This document shows positions 11,965 to 25,084 of a stretch of DNA of 64,000 nucleotides, in pieces. The stretch comes from Octopus sinensis (Eukaryota). How positions within the stretch are numbered: the stretch's first letter is position 1; every line of letters begins with the position of its first letter. The stretch spans positions 14,074,001 to 14,138,000 of the forward strand of contig NC_042998.1 of assembly GCF_006345805.1 (NCBI RefSeq). Direction: 5' to 3'. The notes under the pieces were generated by a model. The model saw only the letters and a program-made list of their open reading frames with translations, was not told where the DNA came from and made no database searches. Position numbers and translations under genes: made by a program.

Positions 11965-12660
11965 TATCTATCCAGATTATACTGATAATGTAGCTGATAA
12001 TTGTAATGCTATCTCATAGAAGCTCACCTTGTACATCAACGATTTGAGGAATTGGCAAAACAGATCGGATTACACGTAAATGACGATAACACCGAGTTTA
12101 ATGTTTTTAATCAACCAAAACAACACACTAATGAGTAAATGGTGCGAATTTGTAAAGTGCAATTGACAGAGAAATCGGAAGTAATAATTGATTTGGCATA
12201 TATTTAGTAATGTAAACGATGTCCACAATAAGGGTACCAAATTTTTGTATTGACCTCTAAATATGATTTACAGTGTAAACGTAGAGAGAATAGTGATATA
12301 TGGAATTGAATGTTGGATTGTTTCAGCAGATTAAAAAGTATGAATTAAGAAATTATTTGAAGGATACTTTTGAAGAACAACGTTTACAGGAAATGGGAAA
12401 TTGGAACTAAACCATTATTAACAGAAACAATCAAAGCAGACCTAAATTTGTGGGTGAGAGTATAAAGAGGAATGACGCTGTTATAACTAAGCTGAAACAA
12501 GGAAGAATTTTAATAGACGAAGGAGCGAGACACTGTTGAACTTTTGCACAAAAAAATTGCATGTAAAATGGCCGTCTCTAATATTGTTTGATGTTGAGAA
12601 ATCTCGCTTTTCGTAATCGATGTTAGAAGATACATTCCTTCATGCCGCCCTCTGGCAGAT
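11965..12660 (+). mobile_element. Decayed RTE-like LINE reverse transcriptase fragment
   Basis: Frameshifted translation DYTDNVA (YADD-like)...EELAKQIGLHVNDDNTEFNVFNQ, then an RTE-type C-terminal remnant near 12400-12480; many stops. Confidence 0.65.
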
Positions 12661-13439
12661 CGGTGAATAAGTTTCTAACTTCTTGGGCATCCTCAGTAGC
12701 GCGTACCGTGAGAGAAACAACCATGGAAGGAGCCTTGAAGCCTTCGCTTCCTTATAGTAAATAAGCAACAAAACATTGAGTAACTAAGTGCAACACCGCT
12801 CAGAGTAGATTAGAATACTGTTGTAGACCAGTGAAATTGTACAGAATTCTCTGTGAATGTTATTGTGACCACTTGACATTGACCTAGTTCTCCTTACGCC
12901 AAATCTGTTAATCAAATAGTAGTAATTGGCATTTAGTGTGACAATTCTGTTTTCTACATAAATTCCTTTATATGGAGCTCTGACATCGCCTTAACCCCAT
13001 TTCTATAAATAGAAAATCTTTATTGTCTCCTTTCATTTGTTCTTCCTCTCAGAACCTTACAGTAGTCTGGAACAACTGAATCTTGTCAGTCAGTCGATGG
13101 GCTCCCCTACCTCAAATGTTCTTAAAATTTAAATCCACATGTTGCCACTATATATGAAAATTTTTGTATTAATGGAAAACCTCCATAATTGAAAGATGAG
13201 TGCTCAGCATTTTAAAACTGTTGTAATACTTACAGCATTTAATAAAATGATGTAGTACGAAACGATCGTACCAAATTACCGGAGTCATTATTGTTGCTTA
13301 TTTTGATTATAATCACCCCACGGATTTTATGGATAATACCATACATATTTCTAGTGCATCTACATTAAGTACCATATTCATTTGAATCTAAATTTTTGCT
13401 GAACTATATATATATATATATATAGTTCAGCAAAAATAC

Positions 13440-13492
<53 letters not shown>

Positions 13493-13890
13493 TGTATGTA
13501 TGTATGTATGTATGTATATGTCTGTATGTCTATAGATTATGTATACATGTATGCATATATATTTAGTTGTACATGCATTTATTTATAAAGAGATAGCGTG
13601 GGAGTGAGACATATACACAAAATCATAAATATAACTATACAGACACACATTTGAATGTATATATGTGTGTGTATCTATGTGGAGTACACTGCAAACTTAC
13701 AGAATATCCGAGGAAGTTATTTTTCATTTAATATTTTAAATTAAATTTGAATGCATGTCTTTCTAGAATGGCAATTTATTAAAACAACACATTACTGCAC
13801 AGATTCCAATAGCTCAAACCAGCAATTCAGCAACGCTGAATACACACGAATCGCACAAAATAAACGAAGGGAAAGGCAGAAATAGTAGAT

Positions 13891-14846
13891 GAGACAATAC
13901 AGAAGGCTGTGCTCAATACACCATGACATGCCATAGATATAATTCTTAGAACAAAGTAATAAAAGGATAAAAGAATAAAAAAATTATTAGAATGGATGAA
14001 TAGATAGTGATACGTTCTGCATATCTCGTGTGATTTTCTTTTTCTCTTTTCAAATCACAAAACGTTGACTTTCATCTCTACACGATCGATAAAAATGTAC
14101 TAGTGAGTGTAAAACCTGAAGGACTTAACCCAAGCATGTCCAGAAAGCAATAGTTAAATACAGTAACAGGCATGAACCAGATACAAATACACACAACACA
14201 TTCACATGATGCACAAGAACACATACATATCTGTGTGTTGCTTGTATATGTGGTGGATAAGCCAAAAGAAAGAATGCTATAAGCAAAGTAGAGCAAGTTA
14301 TACATTTCTTTATATTTAGCTGTCAATCTGCATAAGCAACTCAGAAGCCAAGTGTTGCGTGCATTACGAATACAAAAAGCGAAATGATGAAATGTTACAC
14401 AAGAATTCCATTCAGCTTTACACCACAGATGCGAAATGTAAGTGTTGTGTTTCTGATAAACAAGTCAGTCAGGTAAAAGTTTTTAATATGCCTCTCTTAA
14501 TAAACAGTAATGCCGTTTCATACAATACAGTAATAAAACTATGAAGGGACACCTAAAAAAAAAAATAAAATATAAAGAGAGACAGAAGTTTCCTCTCTTT
14601 AGACATTTTTCACCTCTGAATAAAATTGTTTCCAAAGCATTGATTCCCAGATGTCAAAACTGTAAGATATACACGTTGTCATCTCCCATCATACCAAGGA
14701 TTTTTACTCAAACAATCTGCACACAACTTGCCGGTTAGGTGATTACGGTGATGCCGGTTAGGTGATTTCTCATTTTATTACTTTGTTCTAAGAATTATAT
14801 CTATGGCATGTCATGGTGTATTGAGCACAGCCTTCTGTATTGTCTC
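13891..14846. repeat. Perfect 74-bp inverted repeat pair with 808-bp spacer
   Basis: 13891-13964 is the exact reverse complement of 14773-14846; no flanking TSD seen. Confidence 0.95.
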
Positions 14847-15014
14847 GTTGTAAAGTGCAGGTTATGGTACAGAATTTTTATTGTGATTAGTTTGAGAAAA
14901 ACTACGAAGGACTTAGAGCAAGGGAAATTTCATGAGCCGATATGAAGTCAATATTTTATGGAAAAATATGAAGTAACTTTAAATTGTTAACCAATTACTG
15001 AAACATAATTTTAA

Positions 15015-15331
15015 CTGACTGTGGGATTGCACCTAGAAAGTTACCCTCCTAGGTACAAATCCGGGCAAGGTTGTTTATGGAAGACCAGCAGTCGTTCATT
15101 TATACCGGCCTCCCCTCTCCAGGCCACCAGTGTTATCCAAGGGAAAGGCAAAGGGGCCGATGCAGCTTGGCTGCCTGTGACGTCGCAACTCATATCTACA
15201 ACTGAGTGAACTGGAGTAACGTGAAATATAATGTCTTGCTCAAGAACACAACAGGCAGCCTGCCCGGGATTCGAACTCATAACTTCACGATCGAAAGCTC
15301 GACGTGCTAACCACTGAGCCATGTGCCTTCA
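15015..15331 (-). mobile_element. SINE family E
   Basis: Shares GTTATCCAAGGGAAAGGCAAAGGGGCCGAT and GTCTTGCTCAAGAACAC with the 10.8-11.45 kb units; tRNA-like head on minus. Confidence 0.85.
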
Positions 15332-15672
15332 CTCGCCTTTTAACTCGTATATCAATATTTATAAAATATATTTTCGCTCAATTCAGTGTGTCTAATACGT
15401 TAGTATTTCCAAGAGACACACTACTTATTAAACGAATGCAACGAGATATCCATTAGATCGAAACCTCGCAATGTATGTCTAATATAAGTAGTGAAACCGA
15501 CTCGGAATACGTAGTTAAGAATACTTAACTATGTATTTTTGTAGTTATTTGATTGTAGATTATTAAATAAAATATTTTGGAACGGTTTGAGTGCAAACGT
15601 ATATTCTGGTGTGCGTAATCATGAAATCATTTTATATTTTTCTATATATATATCTATATATATCTTTCTTTG

Positions 15673-16048
15673 TGGAGGCGCAATGGCCCAGTGGTTAGGG
15701 CAGCGGACTCGCGGTCGTAGGATCGCGGTTTCGATTCCCAGACCGGGCGTTGTGAGTGTTTATTGAGCGAAAACACCTAAAGCTCCACGAGGCTCCGGCA
15801 GGGGATGGTGGTGATCCCTGCTGTACTCTTTCACCACAACTTTCTTTTACTTCCTGTTTCTGTTGTACCTGTATTTCAAAGGGCCGGCCTTGTCACTCTC
15901 TGTGTCACGCTGAATATCCCCGAGAACTACGTTAAGGGTACACGTGTCTGTGGAGTGCTCAGCTACTTGCACGTCAATTTCACGAGCAGGCTGTTCCGTT
16001 GATCGGATCAACCGGAACCCTCGTGGTCGTAACCGACGGAGTGCTTTC
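15673..16048 (+). mobile_element. SINE family C, full length, probable 12-bp TSD
   Basis: A-box TGGCCCAGTGG and B-box GGTTTCGATTCC; ATATATCTTTCT at 15658-15669 and 16049-16060; second copy at 57102. Confidence 0.88.
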
Positions 16049-16319
16049 ATATATCTTTCTAGATATGTTATTATATATTTGAATAAGTAATGAGAAATTT
16101 CGAAATGATTTCATTGAGATAATCTATATTTTAAACCGGTAATGTAATAATAACAGGCTCCAGTGAAAAGCAGCATAACTGCAATGCCTGAAACTGGTCC
16201 TGCAAGTCTCAGATGGTTCTGAATTCCTGTCTGAGATGGGATGGCAGAGCGTCAAATTAAGACCATTCTGCAGCTGTGTCCTGCTGAGCTATCAATCATT
16301 GAAACGACGAGAGAATGTC

Positions 16320-16320
16320 C

Positions 16321-16352
<32 letters not shown>

Positions 16353-16387
16353 TATATAATATATATGTATATATATATATATGTATA

Positions 16388-16424
<37 letters not shown>

Positions 16425-16482
16425 GTAAGCATATTCATATACATATGCATTTATTGATTTATTTCTCATATATATATATAAT

Positions 16483-16529
<47 letters not shown>

Positions 16530-16781
16530 TATATTGTACTTATACACACACTAGACTGAAAGAGAGAGAGAGAGAGTGAGAGAGATTCTGTACGAGATTA
16601 GAATGTTGCCAAATTAATATAACCTATTTTGCTATCTGTTCCATAGATTGCACTAGATTCCTATCTTTATATTGATTTGTCCACTTCGTTTGTATTTATT
16701 AATTCTCACCCTGGCTTATGGAAAATATTGTTATACTTTATCTCCTACAATTAATAAAACGATAGTATTTGAATCCGTCTC

Positions 16782-16834
<53 letters not shown>

Positions 16835-17115
16835 GTGTGTGTGCGTGTGTGTTTACGTATCTGCCAACTACTTGCTTTTTCTGAGCTTCTAATAAAGAAG
16901 ACCTGGTATGCATTTGAATGAATATGTTTTATGGGTGTGTTTTATAACGTGATACAGGAGACATGAAAAAGTGTGAATGAAACTGTCTGGAACGAACGGT
17001 AACTAAGTCATGCATTTGCTCTTCCTTTGATATGCATATTATTAGCAATTTATGCGTGTGTGCGTGTGTGTATGTATCTATGTATGTATGTACGTGAGTG
17101 TGTGTGGCAGCGTGT

Positions 17116-17155
<40 letters not shown>

Positions 17156-17272
17156 CAAAATCATACACATGAAAGCGAAATTATATCTAGATGTAAACAA
17201 ATATTATCTCGAAGCAAACTCACATACACAATTCGATACGCACTCACAACCCGGTATGCATATGCATATGTT

Positions 17273-17306
<34 letters not shown>

Positions 17307-17537
17307 ATATAATATATATATATATAGATATATACATATACATATATATATATACACACACATCACACATATATATATATATAATATATTATAATATATA
17401 TATATATATTATATATATATAATATATAATATATATATATATATATTATATATACATAATAATATATACTATATATAATATATATATTATATATATATAT
17501 TACTCTGTGTTCTTTGCACTTTCTACGCTTTCATTTG

Positions 17538-17578
<41 letters not shown>

Positions 17579-17580
17579 TA
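16320..17580. repeat. Several (TA)n-rich microsatellite arrays
   Basis: Arrays at ~16320-16540, 16785-16835, 17120-17150 and 17270-17580; they produce the YI/IY ORFs. Confidence 0.95.
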
Positions 17581-18952
17581 TATATGTATAGTAATGCATA
17601 TAAATATATACACAATCACACACTCATTTATATGTGCATATGTATGCTTGTGCGTGTACATATGTATACGAGTTTATGAGTAGTCATTTACAAATACTTA
17701 CGTTTAGCAGTTTTCGTGTGTGTGTTTGTCTTCATGTGTCTGTGTGTTCGTAACTAAACACCGGCCGGACTCTATATCCGACTTTACGTACATTTGCGTA
17801 CAAATATGTTACTAGCTAACTACTTCATTGTAGTCTATCAGTTATATTTGTAACTAAGAGACACACACATACACACTTACGTAGATTAACGCAGATACAT
17901 ACACAGTCACAACGCAAGCAATCGCACAAACACACGTTTATTCACCTACATACAGAATCCTTCTATCTTTCTACAATTATATATACTTCTATTTGTCTTG
18001 CCAGTGGTTTTCTTGTCACAGTTACTGATCGAAAGCGAGTGTGTGTGTGTGTCTGTGTGTGTGTGTCTGTGTGTCTGTGTGTTTCTGTGTGTCTGTGTGT
18101 CTGTGTGTGTGTGTGTGTGTGTCTGTGTGTGTTTGTGCGTGAACACGTTTGTGTGTACATATATATATATATATATATACACATAATCTTCTATTTTCAG
18201 TGATAGGGAAACGAAAGAGATAAAAAAAAAAACTACGGTATGTAGAAAGCTGGGTTAATATCTATATATAGCTATATACATATATATTTGAAACGTCTGT
18301 CCTTAAACGTGTCTGTCTGTTATTAAGAATGTCTTAAACATAATTTCGTGTAAGAATTTTACATTTGCTATTTTTCTACATACAACGGCTTTCTAGATAA
18401 TTTGTTTTTCTCTTCTAGGTGAAATATTTATGAATGTGTCCTTACGGCGTTTTGTCTTAGGTAGGTAGGTTTCATGTTTTACTTAAAAGTATATGGCATT
18501 TTTTAATGTAATATACTTCGGATGTACCTTGATTATTATGAACTCAAGAAAGAGAGTATTGAATGAGACTAAATGTGTAACAGAAGCGTACACGTCTAGG
18601 AAGAATAATATATCAAACAAAGTGTAAACAGCACGTATATACATACATAGGTACATACATACAGATACAAACACATACGCATATATATATCTAAATATAC
18701 ATATACACATAAACAGACCACACACGCTCACACACGCACACAAACATATATATGGGGTTGGTGTGGACAGATAGATATATAAAAAATATAGGGGTGGATG
18801 TGTAGTATGTAGCATTCTTACAAACCACATGGTTCTGTGTTCAGTCCCACTACGTGACATATATAGGGAGAGTTTACGAAAAAAACATACGTAGACAGGT
18901 TGCGTACAAAACAAACAGATGTATTATTATAACGCTCAGGAATAGAAAGAGT

Positions 18953-18988
18953 CTTTTACGTTTCGAGCCTACGCTCTTCTACAGAAAG
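18953..18988 (-). ncRNA. Degenerate minimal hammerhead-like motif
   Basis: Minus strand CTTT-CTGTAGA-A-GAGC-gtag-GCTC-GAAA-C-GTA-AAAG: all stems pair, but the core has A6 changed to U. Confidence 0.5.
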
Positions 18989-19074
18989 GAACACAGAAAA
19001 AAAAACAAGGAGTAACATGGATATAAAAAAAAATGTGTTATGGCTAACGATCTATCATCGTGACATATATATAT

Positions 19075-19142
<68 letters not shown>

Positions 19143-19159
19143 GCGTGTATGTGTGTGTG

Positions 19160-19727
19160 TGTGTATGTGTCTGTGTTTGTCCCCCCAACATCGCTTGATA
19201 ACAGATGCTGGTGTGTTTACGTCTCCGTAAATTAGCGGTTCGGCAAAAGAGACCGATACAATAAGTACAAGACTTACTAAGAATAAGTCATGGGGTCGAT
19301 TTGCTCGATCGACTAAAAGCGGTGCTCCAGCATTGCCGCAGTCAAATGACTGAAACAAGTAAAAGAGTAAAAGAGAGAGTATATACGAATATAACATATA
19401 TTCATCCATTTATATATGTATGTACACATAATTCTTTCTACCATAGGCACATGGTCTGAAATTCTGCAGGAGGTAGCTAGTCGATTAAGTTGACACCAGT
19501 ACGTAAGTGGTACATTTTTCATCGACATCGGAAAGAAGAAAGGTAAAGCCGCCCTCTCCGGAATTTGAACGAAACGCCGCTAAGCTTGTACTTATTCTAT
19601 CGGTCTCCTTTGCCGAACTGCTAAGTTACGGGTGTGTAAACAGACCAGCATCTGTTGCCAAACGATTTTGGAGGGACAAATGCAGGCACACAAACACAAA
19701 GACACACACACACACACACACACACAC

Positions 19728-19778
<51 letters not shown>

Positions 19779-19938
19779 TACGAATGGCTTCGTTCCTTTT
19801 CCGTTTACCAAATCCACTCGAAAGGCTTTGGTCGGCCCGCGGCCATAGCAGAAGACACTTACCCAAGGTGCCCAAGGTGCAATGTGACTAAACCCTTAAC
19901 CATGTAGTTCGTAAGCAAGCTACTTACCATACAGCCAC
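19160..19938. mobile_element. Family A 3' half (+, 19160-19380), family B remnant (-, ~19450-19585), family A copy (-, 19589-19938)
   Basis: Direct similarity to the other copies in the window. Confidence 0.8.
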
Positions 19939-20321
19939 TATATGTGTGTGTATATATATACATATCTATGTGTATATATGTATGTTTGTTTATGCGTTTG
20001 TGCTTGTGTGCGTGTGTGTGTGTGTTCTTGAGACTATTGTTTCAAAACTGTGTTGGTTTTTACGCCGTCCTAACCTTTCCGTTCAGTAAAAAGTCAGATA
20101 GAATACGTACCAGGTTTTTAAAATCGAAGTACTGCCGTCGATACATTTGGCTAAAATTCTTCAAACCTAATGAGAGGAAGAATTCAGCGGTTTAGATACA
20201 CAAACGTACTCACATGCCTACAAAATACATTCATACACATACGTACATCTACACACATACTTCATTCATACATAATTACATACATACATGCATGCATACA
20301 TATATACGTACGTACATACAT

Positions 20322-21388
20322 ATCAACAAGTACCTGATGCACAAAAGGGATAGAGATGCAGGAAAAGCAGTAAAATGTGGCAACCGGTGCAGATTTTGTG
20401 TAGTTCACACTGAAAATATCACCCACATCATAAGCAGTTGTCCGAAAACGTCATTATGGTATTATATACCAATTAGACATGATGTTGTAGCTAAGACACT
20501 CTGTGAGGAAATCCGTCGGAAGGATAATCTCAAGGACAAAGAAATACGAATCCACAATATGGTAGAAGCCATAGCCACTCATAATAAACTAGAATGCTGA
20601 TGGAATGTACCAGTGAAGACCTGAATAAAATGTAAGCACAACAGACCTGATGTAATTATTGCGACAGGGAAGAGAAACTGTGCACAGTTGTAGTAATTAG
20701 CTGGCCAGCGGATGTTAAAATGAAGCTGGAGATCACTGAAAAAGAGAAGACCTATGCTAAAGTACTCCAGGAACAAGGCCCGAAATGCTTAGGGAAAGAG
20801 GCCAGTAGATTACATCGACTCCAGCTCGCAACTGGTACTCAGTTCATCGACCCCGAAAGGATGAAAAGTGAAGTCGGCCTTGGCGGAATTTGAACTCAGA
20901 ACAAATGCTAAGCATTTCGCGTGCCGTGCTAACGTTTTTGCCAGCTCGCCGCCTTCCTATGCTGAACTATTGAGAAATCTCCAGCTACTCTATCCATATT
21001 ACAAGTTTAGGTTTATACCTGTAATTACTGGGGCCCTGTGATATGTAACACACAGCCTAAATACCAATCTTGAGAAATTAGGCTTCTCAAAACCAGAAAG
21101 GATAAAGCTAGTTCGAAGACCACAGATCCAATTCATCACTGTAACTGTAAAAACCTGTAAATCTTTCTAGAAGCTTAGCATTTAAATATATATGAGCATG
21201 TCTAGATATGAACAAGTCTAGATTTGCAACTATAAGCATGAGAATACATACATAAAACATCTAGATTTGCATAAACATTAACAAAAAATACCCTGTTATT
21301 GATGTTGAAATTCCAATGAAGGAGTTTTGGATCTAGGTTAGAAACCTGTTCTTTCTCTATTGTCAAGAAATCTTGAAATAAAGTGAAT
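20322..21388 (+). mobile_element. 5'-truncated non-LTR retrotransposon with restriction-like endonuclease (R4/Dong-like), decayed
   Basis: CCHC knuckle CRFC...HIISSC, then RHDVVAK, then PD-(D/E)xK-type RPDVII...DREEKLCTVVVISWPADV...EKEKTY; the frame resumes after a SINE as YAELLRNLQLLYPYYKFRFIPVITGAL; stops and frameshifts present. Confidence 0.85.
20759..20955 (-). mobile_element. SINE family B nested in the RLE element, 8-bp TSD
   Basis: CCTATGCT at 20751-20758 and 20956-20963; the LINE frame is continuous once the SINE is removed. Confidence 0.85.
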
Positions 21389-21516
21389 AAGACCATACAT
21401 ACACACATACTTATATACAAACATACATACATGCATACATACATACATACATACATACATACATACATACATACATACATACATACATACATACATACAT
21501 ACATACATACATACAT
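21389..21516. repeat. (CATA)n microsatellite at the 3' end of the RLE element
   Basis: Long near-pure CATA run. Confidence 0.97.
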
Positions 21517-21889
21517 AGTCGTTTCTATATTCATGATGTTTTATGGTAGTGATCCGACGTACTTTTCTGAAAATGTATGTTTGTTCATGTATGAAAATTG
21601 TTAATAAAATATTGTTATAAAAGTACAGAGTAGCAAAATGTTTCAAGGAAAAGTCTTCTTTAGTGAAAAAAAAACGTATACAACTAGGTCATCTCGATTG
21701 ACCTAAACAACAACAAGAAAAGCAATTTGCAAACGGAATATGAAATTGTTTTTAATAAATCATTTTGGCATTAGAAACTAATATTTCACATTCTTTATTC
21801 CAAGGAGCCAAGCCACGCTACTACGAGTATGGAATATTTGCATTTCACATAGATAAGTGTGAACCCCTACCAAACTACACACAAATATA

Positions 21890-21904
21890 ATATACATATA
21901 TATA

Positions 21905-21995
<91 letters not shown>

Positions 21996-22114
21996 GTATA
22001 TATATATGTATATGTATATATATGTATATATGTATATATGTATATGTATATATATATATGTATATAGTATATGTATATATGTATATATATATGTATATAT
22101 ATATATAGTATATA

Positions 22115-22175
<61 letters not shown>

Positions 22176-22190
22176 ATACATATATGGAAG
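21890..22190. repeat. (TA)n/(TATG)n array
   Basis: Seen directly. Confidence 0.97.
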
Positions 22191-22236
22191 CAAATCAAGG
22201 TAGAAAATACTAAAATAATTTTATAAGAAAACATTT

Positions 22237-22272
22237 CAGTACCGGTTTCGGTCATTGAGACTTTTTCAACTG
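22237..22272 (-). ncRNA. Degenerate minimal hammerhead-like motif
   Basis: Minus strand CAG-TTGAAAA-AGTC-tcaat-GACC-GAAA-CCGGTA-CTG: palindromic ACCGGT stem III, two core substitutions. Confidence 0.4.
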
Positions 22273-22443
22273 TTAGTATGGTAAACAATTAAATTTGGGA
22301 AAAATTAAATGAAAAGTATTTTAAAAGTATATTTGCATAGTATTCAAATACCAAGGACATTTTCCTTGTTTCTGCCTGCCTCTGTCTCTCTTGTTTACTC
22401 TCGTGGGTTGAAAGTCTTTGTTAATTCTTGGCAGAAAAGAAGT

Positions 22444-22482
<39 letters not shown>

Positions 22483-22485
<3 letters not shown>

Positions 22486-23160
22486 CTCTTTTACACTTTT
22501 ACTTGTCTCAGTCATTTGACTTCGGCTATGCTGGAGCTCCGCCTTTAGTCGAACAAAACGACCCCAGGACATATTCTTTGTAAGCCTGGTGATTATTGTA
22601 TCAGTGTCTTTTGTCGAACAGCGCAGGTGGTTGCGCGGTCGGCAGAAGAAGCAGCAAAAGTGCGGAGACGTAAACACACCAACCATCATCGGATGTCAAG
22701 CTATGGTGGGGGGGACAAACACACACAGACAAACATGCACAAGCACAAACAAACACACATGTACGTACGTATGTGTGTCTTTCACATTCCGTCTACGAAC
22801 TATCCTCACAAGGCTTTGGTCGGACCGAGGCTATAGCAGAAAACACTTGCCCAAGGTGTCACGCAGTGGGACTGAACCCAGAACCATATGGTTGGTAAGC
22901 AAGCTACTTACCACACAGCCACTCACACACGCATGTACATATTCTCTTTTACTCTCTTTTTCTTGTTTCAGTCATTTGACTGCGGCTATGCTGGAGCACC
23001 GCCTTTGGTCGAGCAAATCGACCCCGGGACTTATTCTTTGTAAGCCCAGTACTTATTCTATCGGTCTGTTTTGCCGAACCGCCAAGTTACGGGGACGTAA
23101 ACACACCAGCACCGGTTGTCAAGCAATGCTAGAGGGACAAACACAGACACACAAACATAT

Positions 23161-23195
<35 letters not shown>

Positions 23196-23199
23196 ATAT

Positions 23200-23231
<32 letters not shown>

Positions 23232-23402
23232 CATATATACGACAGGCTTCTTTCAGTTTCCGTCTACCAAATCCACTCACAAGGCTTTGGTCGGCTCGAG
23301 GCTATAGCAGAAGACACTTGCCCAAGATGCCACGCAGTGGGACAGAACCCGGAACAACGTGGCTGGTTAGCAAGCTACTTACCACACAGCCACTCCTGCG
23401 CC
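22483..23402 (-). mobile_element. Two head-to-tail family A SINEs (22483-22924, 22941-23402)
   Basis: Both halves and the internal microsatellite are present in each; the 322-aa ORF at 22589 is a read-through of them. Confidence 0.92.
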
Positions 23403-25084
23403 TATATATATTTGTATGCAAATACATACACACACAGATATACACATATTTCTATGCATGTATGAATGGATGGATGGATGGGTGTGGCTGTGCATGTGCA
23501 TATATTTATCTCTATATTCTTGTGTGTGCGTTGTCTGTGTCCCCTACAACAGCTTGAAAGCTAGTGTTGATTTCTTTATCACCCTGTAACTTAGATGTTC
23601 GTCAAAACGATAAAGTGAGTAGCCGACTTCTAAAACTTCTGCTGTCGACTTGATCGACTAAACCATTCACTGCTGTCCCCCACCAGGTTAAAAGTCTAAT
23701 GACTACAACATGTGAAAGATATGAATGTATTTGAGCTATATTATTCTACACTTTAAGGCGTCGTAGTGGTATTTCCTTCTGTCTTTAAGTTCTGAGTTCA
23801 AATTACGTTGATAGATAGAAAGATAGATAGATGGATATATATAATAGATAGATAGATAGTAGTAGTAGTAGTAGTAGTAGTAGTAGCAGGAGCAGCAGCA
23901 GCAGTATCAGAACTATTAATAGCAGCAGTATAGGTGCTATTTTTGGATGTGGTCTTCCGCAATGTTTTTTGTGTTGTTATTGATTATCATAATGTCGTTT
24001 AGCCTCATGTGATTTCAGAAGAATCAGAAAACCATGTCCAAAAAGAAAAAAAGAAAAAATCTGGATAGAGTATTTAACTCCCATTTAAGCAAATTGATCC
24101 ATTAAGTATATTTGTGCCTTGTAGTTTCATTAGTACTTCAGGTCCAGTTTAAACATCATTGAGCGTTCCTTATGTACAGAGCAAACGTGATCCACATACC
24201 TGTGTTCCCTGAAATATATTACAATGATTTTTCCAACTGAGGATCAGACTGTATAATCCGATGAAGTGGTGGATAATACGGCATATCGTATGTATTTGTA
24301 TTATTGTGCTGACTACAATGGGGATCGACAGAGCGGACTTTGAACGCATCAGTTGTTCTTCCATTGTAGAAATTGCTGATGGTGTACAGCATAGAACCAT
24401 GCTTGCTTCTATTGATATAGCTGTTATTTCTGCGTGTGACTTTATTTTTCTTGGCTCTGTGGAACAAATAGTCTATTATAATGTAATAGCATCTTGATTT
24501 GTTACATTCGTGACAGGATTGTTTAAGGTAGTTCTTAATAGATTGGCAAAATTTGGATTTAAATCCGTGCACCTCACATATCTGAATGGCATTGCGTTGT
24601 TTGTTATGTTTCGTACAGGAAGATGTTGATGATTTCGGATGTCTTCAACCTTCAATAAAACGTGGTGCGTTGCTGAATATTTTGTGTAGATTATTGTGCA
24701 TGGTTTTGTTCATATTAGCTGCCAGTCCATTATAGTTTTAATGTATCTTTACAGATCAGAGTTGTTTTCTCTTGCCTGGCCAACTGTGGTAATAATGATT
24801 ATCGAACATATGTTTACGCAACACGATTTTTTTTAAACTAAGTATTTTGTGTATTGTTTAAATGTCAATGTTGTGTAGGAATGAGATGGTAATGGCTGAC
24901 GCGTTACTATTGGTGGGTTTGTGCTTGGATTATTTTGGGCGATGAAGTAAGACGATGAGAAAACTGAAGTGGAGGACAAAGGTGTGGAAGAAGCAGAAGT
25001 AGCAGTATGAGAAAAAGCTGCAGCTGTAATGTGGAAATTACAACAGGGGTGAAAAACGATCTGATAATTTTGATACTAAAATTG

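Noticed and set aside
15673-15750. tRNA gene
   Set aside because: A and B boxes are present, but the sequence continues into a SINE body with a TSD and I could not close a proper acceptor stem.
22589-23557. Longest ORF in the track (322 aa)
   Set aside because: It lies across two tandem family A SINEs and their microsatellites; no protein features.
24130-24800. Possible APE endonuclease remnant on the minus strand (EITAISIE...IPIVVS)
   Set aside because: Diagnostic motifs (GDFN, SDH) are absent; similarity too weak to call by eye.
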